This document shows, in pieces, positions 57,457 to 64,000 of a stretch of DNA of 64,000 nt; position 1 is the first letter of the stretch; every line of letters begins with the position of its first letter. The position numbers and the translations under genes are program-made. The notes beneath the pieces were generated by a model, which worked only from the letters and a program-made list of their open reading frames with translations, did no database searches and was not told where the DNA came from. The stretch comes from a virus (lineage: Duplodnaviria > Caudoviricetes), in the IMG/VR virus record IMGVR_UViG_3300021431_000091, positions 41,457-105,456 of that record, one strand, 5' to 3'.

Positions 57457-58935
57457 TTATCTGTTGCGGCGGCGACGGCGACCCTCAGCGGGCTCCTCAT
57501 CGTCATCCTTCTTTTCAGGTTCCTCTTCCTTCTTCTCAGGCTCATCATCGTCCTCAGCTGAAGGACGGGCTCCACGACGACGACGGGTAGGCTGCTCGTC
57601 ATCGTCATCAGCCTTCTTCTCCTCCTTCTCAGGCTCAGGCTCGTCATCATCCTCAGCCTTTGCACGCTTACGACGCGGGGTTTCCTCATCGTCATCGTCC
57701 TTGGCAGCTTCCTTCTTGGCCTTCTTGGTCTCCTTCTCGTCCTCATCATCATCGGCCTTCTTAGCCTTTGACTTTGAAGCTTCCTCCAGGGCATCCTCAA
57801 TAAGGTCAAGCATCTGCTCGGTGGTCATGGAGTGCTTGAGCTTGACATCCAGGTCATTGTCCTCGATGAAGGCGCGGATGTCCTCACGAAGCTCAGTGCC
57901 TTCCTCTGAATCATCAGCCAGGCCCTTGTCAAGGAGAGCATCGTAGCGGTCATTCAGGTTCTCGATGGTCAGCTTGCCGCCACCCTTCTCATCAGACTTA
58001 CCGGCAGTTGCCAGGTCGAAATGAGACTGGTCGTTAGGATCAAGCTCTCCCTTCAGACGCTCAATGGCCTCCTTCATCTCATCCTCTTCCATAATGTCAA
58101 GGTCGTGCTCCTCATCGAACTGCTGGAGGAACAGCTGGATGGCCTCGAACTGGTAGCGGGTAAAGCGGTAGATGACCTCAGGAATACGGGGCTTCTCGAA
58201 CAGTGCCTCCATGTCCTCGTCTGTCAGCTCATAGCTGGTGGTCATATCGATGTTGAAGCTGTAAGAAGTCTTTTTCTTCTCGGTCTTACGGGTAATCTCC
58301 AATGCATAAGACTCTCCGAAGCCAGCCAAGGGATCCTCAGCGTCCTCGTCCTTCTTACGCAACTTGGCCCACAATGCCTCCTGACGCTCGGTAATCTCCT
58401 TGTACTGTGCGTTTGAAGGCTGCCAGAGCAAAATGGGGTTCTTCTTATCGTCCAGGTTGATGACATACATCACGCGCTGGCGGTCCCAACGCAGGCCCTT
58501 CTCATAACGGGTCTTGTCCATAAGCTCCATGATCTCCTTGTCATCAGCATACAGCTCCTTGCACAGCTTACGATAGGTATCGATAAGGTCAACTGACTTG
58601 TCAACACCCTTCTGTACTGAGTTGATAACTGGTATGGAAATAATAGATGGCTTACCACCTTCCTTCTTGGGAGCGCCCTTGATGTCAATGAACATCTGGC
58701 GCAGGGGATACTCGAATGAAGCGCGTGTCTCCTTGGTCTCATCCAGCTCACCATCTGGGGTAAGGTATGGAGCAAGAGGAAGGATACGGACATTGTAAAC
58801 ACCGTCATCACCCATGCGGAAACGGTCAACCTGGGGACGCTGCTGCTCTGATTTAATACGCTCAACGGTCTGATCATAAGTGACCGCTGTTTTCTTAAGT
58901 AACTCTCTGTAGTTTAACTTAGAATTCTCACTCAT
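57457..58935 (-). CDS. Probable ssDNA-binding protein (gp32-like) with acidic/basic repeat tail
   Basis: NVRILP N-terminal motif; long D/E tail; position in replication module. Confidence 0.65.
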   Translation of the reverse strand: MSENSKLNYRELLKKTAVTYDQTVERIKSEQQRPQVDRFRMGDDGVYNVRILPLAPYLTPDGELDETKETRASFEYPLRQMFIDIKGAPKKEGGKPSIISIPVINSVQKGVDKSVDLIDTYRKLCKELYADDKEIMELMDKTRYEKGLRWDRQRVMYVINLDDKKNPILLWQPSNAQYKEITERQEALWAKLRKKDEDAEDPLAGFGESYALEITRKTEKKKTSYSFNIDMTTSYELTDEDMEALFEKPRIPEVIYRFTRYQFEAIQLFLQQFDEEHDLDIMEEDEMKEAIERLKGELDPNDQSHFDLATAGKSDEKGGGKLTIENLNDRYDALLDKGLADDSEEGTELREDIRAFIEDNDLDVKLKHSMTTEQMLDLIEDALEEASKSKAKKADDDEDEKETKKAKKEAAKDDDDEETPRRKRAKAEDDDEPEPEKEEKKADDDDEQPTRRRRGARPSAEDDDEPEKKEEEPEKKDDDEEPAEGRRRRRNR

Positions 58936-59449
58936 CTTTGTTCAATTCTTTTCGACGAGATAAAAATTCTGACCAGTAGCCTTTCCATTGGTTCATGTAG
59001 GCTTCGGCGTACATCTGGTAGTAGGGTGCTGTATTAAGCTCTTCTTCTGTTGGAACGTGAATTCCCCACTTCCTTTCGACGTACTGGGCAATCTTCTCAG
59101 TTACTGCCCCTATTTCAGCTGAGGTTTCCGACTTCAAATCAAGGTATTCATATTCCTTGCCGTTAATTATGCAGGTATGAGCCGGAGCGAAGAGATCTTC
59201 GAAATACCTGTACAATTGAGATGGTGTTACCAGTGGTTGCCCAGCTGGTGTCTTATCAGCAAGCTTCTCAGCAACCGTCCTCAATACAACAGAGTGAAGG
59301 TATGATAGCTTGTTCATGGCGCGGTTCTTGTCTGTGTTGGCAATGGTGAAGAGATATTCACCGTCCTTGAGGTTCTTAACCGCATCGTCCCACTCAGGAG
59401 CATTCAGGACACCTCCTTCAATGCTTAACTTGCCGTGCTTCTTAATCAA
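58928..59449 (-). CDS. Hypothetical protein (possibly NinB-like)
   Basis: 173 aa; YLHSVVL...GIHVP. Confidence 0.6.
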   Translation of the reverse strand: MIKKHGKLSIEGGVLNAPEWDDAVKNLKDGEYLFTIANTDKNRAMNKLSYLHSVVLRTVAEKLADKTPAGQPLVTPSQLYRYFEDLFAPAHTCIINGKEYEYLDLKSETSAEIGAVTEKIAQYVERKWGIHVPTEEELNTAPYYQMYAEAYMNQWKGYWSEFLSRRKELNKDE

Positions 59450-59501
59450 CTCTTTCTCATATTTGGTTAGCTAATATTCGACGTTTGTTGATTTCTGAGT
59501 G

Positions 59502-59509
59502 CAAATTTA
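59502..59509 (-). promoter_or_regulatory. -7 element TAAATTTG of leftward replication operon
   Basis: Matches TAnnTTTG in divergent intergenic region. Confidence 0.55.
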
Positions 59510-59781
59510 CGCATAATATTCGACATCTAAAAATATTTTTTGCTAAAAGCATTTAACATTTATATTAAAAAATGCTACCACACTGATTTTAAAGTTGTTG
59601 CGGAAATATATTTTTTGCATTTAATATTTTGTAAAGAAAGAAGTGCATCCAGTTTTTCATTCATTACGTGCGTGTGCGTACCTTATATTATCTTATATTG
59701 CAAATTAGACCGTTTGAAACGTGCTTATTTTACGGCAAAATCTGAAATTAGATATTTTAACATTAAATTAACAAGGAATAT

Positions 59782-59813
59782 TTTGGAAGTTTCGGAAATA
59801 ATACCTATCTTTG
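59782..59813 (+). promoter_or_regulatory. Bacteroidetes promoter
   Basis: TTTG, 20 nt, TATCTTTG. Confidence 0.8.
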
Positions 59814-59817
59814 CAGC

Positions 59818-59915
59818 GTGATTAGGAGGCGAGGACTAACCACAGACATCGTGGAGAGTGAAACTCGCTCTAATCACAAAAATCCAGTGGTCCTCGCACT
59901 CCCACTGGATTTTTT
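59818..59915 (+). promoter_or_regulatory. Attenuator-like structured leader
   Basis: GTGATTAG/CTAATCAC stem; terminator AAAAATCCAGTGG/CCACTGGATTTTT whose loop pairs with upstream GCGAGGA. Confidence 0.55.
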
Positions 59916-59918
59916 ATT

Positions 59919-60902
59919 ATGAATGCGACAATTAAGATAGACAAAAAGGCCATCAGAAAATGCCAGACCAGCAGAAAGGTCAGGCGTGCCTACGCTTTGT
60001 CTATCATCACAAAACTCTCTTTTGTGAACTCAGTCGTTTATAACTGGAACCCATATAAGCTATCGAAGCTATGCCATGCCAGATTCTCCACAATACTGGA
60101 AGCTGCAAACTCAGCACTGGAGATTGGCATAGCTGAGGAAGCGAACAATCACATAAGATTCAAAAAGATACATGGAGGTGACCCTGAGACTGCTGTTTTG
60201 TATTCAGTAACAAACAAGACCGGCCACAGGGTTATCTATCTTGAAAACCAGGAAGGAACAAATAAACTTGTAGCTGAGTCCTCAGTTGGTGCGCAAAGCT
60301 TCAAGTCCGTCTGTGACATTCTAATGGACCTCGCTATCATCCTTGAGGCGCGTGTCCAGGAGAAAATCACCGATACATACAAGGTGTCAGTAAAAACTGG
60401 CGGTATGAAAGGTGATGATCCCGAATGCCATGACGAACCTGAGGAAATAACGTATGCCAACTCCGGCCTCACATATAAAACACTCGCAAAGCGGTTTGAC
60501 GGAACCTACTCTGCCAAGACAATAGGCGAACGTGTAAGGAAGCTGAGGAAAGCTGGGCTGCTGAATACAAAGCAGAGCTCAGTGAGGATCTTCAAGGAAA
60601 ACCCTGATGATCCGGACAGTTACCAAAATGCATTCACCAGAAAGGTCAAGCTGGATGCAAAAGTGTCCGGCTCTACCAATCGTCAACAGCTTGCCTCTTG
60701 TGCTTACCGAACAGAACTCTCAGGTGCGCCTATGAACTGGGTGGACAAGAACGGAAATGAGGTAATCGCAGCAAGGCACAGCTATTGGGGACGCGGCAGG
60801 AACAGTGACAAACGATACAGACCGCTGGGCATCCTCTACTCTACAAATAGGTGTGTATTCTATTTGGACAAGTCTTATTACTGTAACCAAAAATCTTCTT
60901 GA
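59919..60902 (+). CDS. Hypothetical protein with winged-HTH-like segment
   Basis: LTYKTLAKRF...SAKTIGERVRKLRKAGLL. Confidence 0.7.
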   Translation: MNATIKIDKKAIRKCQTSRKVRRAYALSIITKLSFVNSVVYNWNPYKLSKLCHARFSTILEAANSALEIGIAEEANNHIRFKKIHGGDPETAVLYSVTNKTGHRVIYLENQEGTNKLVAESSVGAQSFKSVCDILMDLAIILEARVQEKITDTYKVSVKTGGMKGDDPECHDEPEEITYANSGLTYKTLAKRFDGTYSAKTIGERVRKLRKAGLLNTKQSSVRIFKENPDDPDSYQNAFTRKVKLDAKVSGSTNRQQLASCAYRTELSGAPMNWVDKNGNEVIAARHSYWGRGRNSDKRYRPLGILYSTNRCVFYLDKSYYCNQKSS

Positions 60903-61243
60903 TATGATAAAAATTGATTACATTTTAAGCCGCTTTCAAATCAGGATACATAACTATATAACTGATGTAAGCCAGTTTTTTCAAAACTGTCTTAATCAGA
61001 TTATCTATAGTTGCTTAAGAGTCCAGAATAATTTAAAAATTAAACTGGTGATGTCCCATTTTAACCTTAAACAGGTTAAGGGTGTTTTAGACAGTTTAGT
61101 AGGTGTTTGGGGGATTCTTAAGGGGGCGTATCCAAAAATTTTCGACACCCCAGCCGCCCACTTGTCTGCACCATTACACACATGTAACAAAAAGATTTTA
61201 CAGATGATTTCAGGGCAAAATACCCCAACCAAACTACTATGCT

Positions 61244-61708
61244 ATGCAGTACTTGAAGGGTATTTTGAACACAACGACTGACCCATACTTTGCCGACTAC
61301 AATGTTTACGTGGCGTACAGCTGTGATTCCCAGAAGAGAACCGGTGACGTATGCTACATTATCCAGGACAGGAAGGGTAATATTGAGATCCACTGCAAGA
61401 CCGGTATTATCGACACCACCAGCGTAAGGTTGCAGCTTCTCTGTATCTGGAGTGCCCTGCTCAACATCAAGAACAACAAGTCCGTCAGGGTCATCACAAA
61501 CGACACTTTCTTCATAGAGGCTTCCAGTTACAAGAGACTGGATGACGGGGCCAACAAGGACCTCAAGAAACGCCTGTATATGGAGATGACCAGGATGGAG
61601 TATGTATGCCTCAGCCTGCCACTTACAGCAACCGATAAGTCAATGGTTGATGAATGCAAGGAACAGATAAAGGCCAGAAGGCGTACACTAAGAAACAGAA
61701 CAAAATAA
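61244..61708 (+). CDS. RNase H-fold protein lacking catalytic carboxylates
   Basis: VYVAYS, TTSVRLQL, VITND, ANKDL align with RNase HI motifs. Confidence 0.6.
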   Translation: MQYLKGILNTTTDPYFADYNVYVAYSCDSQKRTGDVCYIIQDRKGNIEIHCKTGIIDTTSVRLQLLCIWSALLNIKNNKSVRVITNDTFFIEASSYKRLDDGANKDLKKRLYMEMTRMEYVCLSLPLTATDKSMVDECKEQIKARRRTLRNRTK

Positions 61709-61730
61709 TTACCAAACAAATATAATAATT

Positions 61731-62033
61731 ATGGAAGAACAAAATTTTCAAAAACATTCAATTAACGAGGAGGTGTACAAAAAGCTTGTGCGTCTTGGTA
61801 TTCTGAACAGCTCAACACGCTCATTCAATGTCGGTACAAGCAACTACAGCCAGCACGTCATCCAGCCCTGGTCTATATGGCTTGACTGGGACCTGAACGC
61901 CTGGGATGCCGACATTGTGAAGCGCGTGTTGCGTACTAAGACTGGTGATGAGAGAAGAATGGACTACGAGAAGATCATCCATATCTGCCAAGAGCGTATC
62001 AGGCAGATCGAATGTGAGCAACAATCCGTGTAG
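61731..62033 (+). CDS. DUF3310-like phage protein
   Basis: NVGTSNYSQHVIQPW...IVKRVLRTK...DYEKIIH. Confidence 0.7.
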   Translation: MEEQNFQKHSINEEVYKKLVRLGILNSSTRSFNVGTSNYSQHVIQPWSIWLDWDLNAWDADIVKRVLRTKTGDERRMDYEKIIHICQERIRQIECEQQSV

Positions 62034-62068
62034 CCAACAGTTTCCCTATTTAATTAAAACATCCAATT

Positions 62069-62383
62069 ATGACAATCCAGGAATTCAAGAAACAGCTAAA
62101 ACGGATAGGCTTCAAAGAGGATAGTACCAGTGAATGCAAGGATATGCTGGTGAACCTCTCATTCGTCTACCCTATCAATCAGGTCAAGTCAGCCCGTCTC
62201 AGATGTGCGGTGCTGTTCTTTCCAGACCATTTCAAGGTGCATATAGCAACACCTCATAACGAGAAGTTCAACTGGGGTACATGGAATATCAACCTGCGTA
62301 ATGCTCCCAATGCCGGACAGGTCTTAGCCTACGCAATCGGGGATATACTTACAAAGTACCATCCGAAGCTCATAATAGAGTAA
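62069..62383 (+). CDS. Hypothetical protein
   Basis: 104 aa. Confidence 0.7.
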   Translation: MTIQEFKKQLKRIGFKEDSTSECKDMLVNLSFVYPINQVKSARLRCAVLFFPDHFKVHIATPHNEKFNWGTWNINLRNAPNAGQVLAYAIGDILTKYHPKLIIE

Positions 62384-62539
62384 ACCATTTCTACTGATAA
62401 ACCCATATATCTTACCCAGTCAGTCCGTGAGGATAGGCTGGTTTTAAATGAAGGTTTTATTTCTATACTCATATTTATCTATCTAAAAACACCCCAGGCA
62501 ATCCGCGAGGACGACCTGGGGTTCTTTCAATGAGTGAGA

Positions 62540-62776
62540 TTAGACAGAGAGAAATTTCCTTATGATCCTGAAGTTGGACTTTCTAATTCTTTCCAACTCC
62601 TCTTCAGCAGTGGGTTCCCAGAGCTTGTAGGGACTGTAGTCAACCAGTTCCTTCCAGAACTCCTCAGACTTAAGGAACGGATCCTCTGACGATATTGCCA
62701 GTGACCTGAGGAAGTCCTTGCTGGGCGACCTGTGGACGGACGTGATGGCCTCGTAAAGGACTGGGGACTCCATCAT
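62540..62776 (-). CDS. Hypothetical protein
   Basis: C-terminal part of ORF 62540-62983; start uncertain. Confidence 0.5.
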   Translation of the reverse strand: MMESPVLYEAITSVHRSPSKDFLRSLAISSEDPFLKSEEFWKELVDYSPYKLWEPTAEEELERIRKSNFRIIRKFLSV

Positions 62777-62807
62777 TATGAGCCACCCCAGCCTTGTATT
62801 CGAGAAC

Positions 62808-63023
62808 TCACGCCTTCTTGCCCTTCTTGGACTTTGGCTTTGCTTCCTGCTCCTTTTCGGGCCCTGCTGTTTCTGCTGGCTGTTCTTCATTTTCTGGCTC
62901 TTGCTTTTCTGCTTCTCCAGCTGGGATCTCAGCCTTCGTGTCGGGTTGCTTGCTTTCAACATGCTGTACTCCGTTTTGGACATCGCGTATAGCGTAGTCG
63001 TTTCCGTAATTCATTATTCGCAT
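62808..63023 (-). CDS. Small low-complexity protein
   Basis: E/K/P-rich. Confidence 0.55.
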   Translation of the reverse strand: MRIMNYGNDYAIRDVQNGVQHVESKQPDTKAEIPAGEAEKQEPENEEQPAETAGPEKEQEAKPKSKKGKKA

Positions 63024-63035
63024 AGTCGTATCATT

Positions 63036-64000
63036 TTATTGGTTTACTAATTGCACCGGATGAGGTGTGGTAATTTTGCTCAGTACTGTATCGGTCTGAT
63101 CCTGTACGGCTGCTGTGAGGATACCGCCAACATAAGTAAGGGTATGTCTCCTTGCCACCAGGCTGATGATGCTTGAGCTTGCAGTGCTACCCTGGGCAAC
63201 ATCAAACCTCAGGTTGGTGTAGTTGTAGACCGTTGTTACACCAGCCTTACCACCTACATAGGCACCATTATTCTTGATCATCACAGACTCTGCATGAACG
63301 GTAGGAACAGTCATTACAGTACCTATCGTGGCAGCCTGGACAACCGTAAGATCTCCGTCAATCTTGAAGCTTCCGTTGTACTTCAGGCCAGATGCCGTAA
63401 GCTCAAGGATTCCGGTATAGGTCGTGTTGTCAATGATGCGTTTCCAGTTGATGATCTGGACATTGTTCAGGGTCTGGATGGTATCACCAGTCTCCCTGCT
63501 TGCAATCGGGTCTACGAATTCTGGGTTGTTCATGTCATAGATGAAGCCCTTTGCAGAAACACCAACCCTGTACATGTGGCCGTGAATGTAAAGCCTTGCC
63601 TCGCCATCAGTCAGGTCAAGGCCAGAGCGGTTGTTCTGGTAATCCTGGGTAGCTGGGGAGTAACACATGACAGTGCTCTCAGTGATGGTGATCTTGTAGG
63701 TCGGATCGTATGCCCTTGCCTCCTGCTTCTGGATATTGAGCACTGGAGAGTCACCGTTGATACCAGCCACATACACGGGAGCTTCTGTACGCAGGAAACC
63801 TTCACTGCTGGTAGGCTCTCCCCATCTCAGGATATGCTTGTTGAACTGGCTGTAGGTAATGCCATGGGTGTGGAACGAGGTGTTGTGTGTAGTGTCATTT
63901 GCATCCACAGTGGAAACCCTGTCAACCGTCTGAAGTGGCTTGCTCAGTTCAGCGTAGTAGGAGTTGAATCTCAAAGTAACCGGATCTTCCTCACCAGGAC
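63036..64000 (-). CDS. C-terminal part of a probable tail/structural protein (5' end beyond window)
   Basis: Frame open to the window edge; T/G/V beta-rich. Confidence 0.6.
   Translation of the reverse strand, partial: PGEEDPVTLRFNSYYAELSKPLQTVDRVSTVDANDTTHNTSFHTHGITYSQFNKHILRWGEPTSSEGFLRTEAPVYVAGINGDSPVLNIQKQEARAYDPTYKITITESTVMCYSPATQDYQNNRSGLDLTDGEARLYIHGHMYRVGVSAKGFIYDMNNPEFVDPIASRETGDTIQTLNNVQIINWKRIIDNTTYTGILELTASGLKYNGSFKIDGDLTVVQAATIGTVMTVPTVHAESVMIKNNGAYVGGKAGVTTVYNYTNLRFDVAQGSTASSSIISLVARRHTLTYVGGILTAAVQDQTDTVLSKITTPHPVQLVNQ

Noticed and set aside
57457-57810. Tandem DNA repeats near 57.5-57.8 kb
   Set aside because: These are coding low-complexity D/E/K repeats of the SSB-like tail.
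60903-61243. Replication origin downstream of the wHTH-like gene
   Set aside because: AT-rich, but no convincing iterons seen; insufficient support.
1-64000. Stop-codon reassignment as in Lak or some crAss-like phages
   Set aside because: Core genes are intact under the standard code, TAG and TGA both end genes at tight operon junctions, and no suppressor tRNA is present.

Overview
This 64 kb window is part of a large Bacteroidetes (Prevotella/Bacteroides-type) tailed phage genome. It uses the standard genetic code and has TAnnTTTG-type host promoters. Bases 1-35.5 kb (+ strand) hold dozens of small, mostly acidic early/accessory ORFs plus thyA, RNase H, YopX and an acyl carrier protein. Four tRNAs and a tyrosine integrase lie at 30.8-37.6 kb, next to a probable attP built on a chimeric tRNA-Ser. 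The minus strand from 37.7 to 59.5 kb carries terminase, lysis candidates and a replication module (DnaQ-like exonuclease, guanylate kinase, split DnaE, primase, helicase, sigma factor, RuvC, SbcCD, SSB). The standout is a YSDD reverse transcriptase (14346-15620) followed directly by eight ~177-nt tandem units. These units differ in sequence but share one architecture: a closing stem, TTCA, a long variable hairpin, ATCT-N6-TAAAG and a covarying pseudoknot. Two uncharacterised ORFs and a ninth unit follow. This looks like an RT system with a library of template ncRNAs. Secondary highlights are a DnaE split at a catalytically degenerate intein-like module and a hairpin-dense ~670-nt non-coding region at the window start. 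All assignments come from reading motifs by eye; no database searches or folding programs were run.
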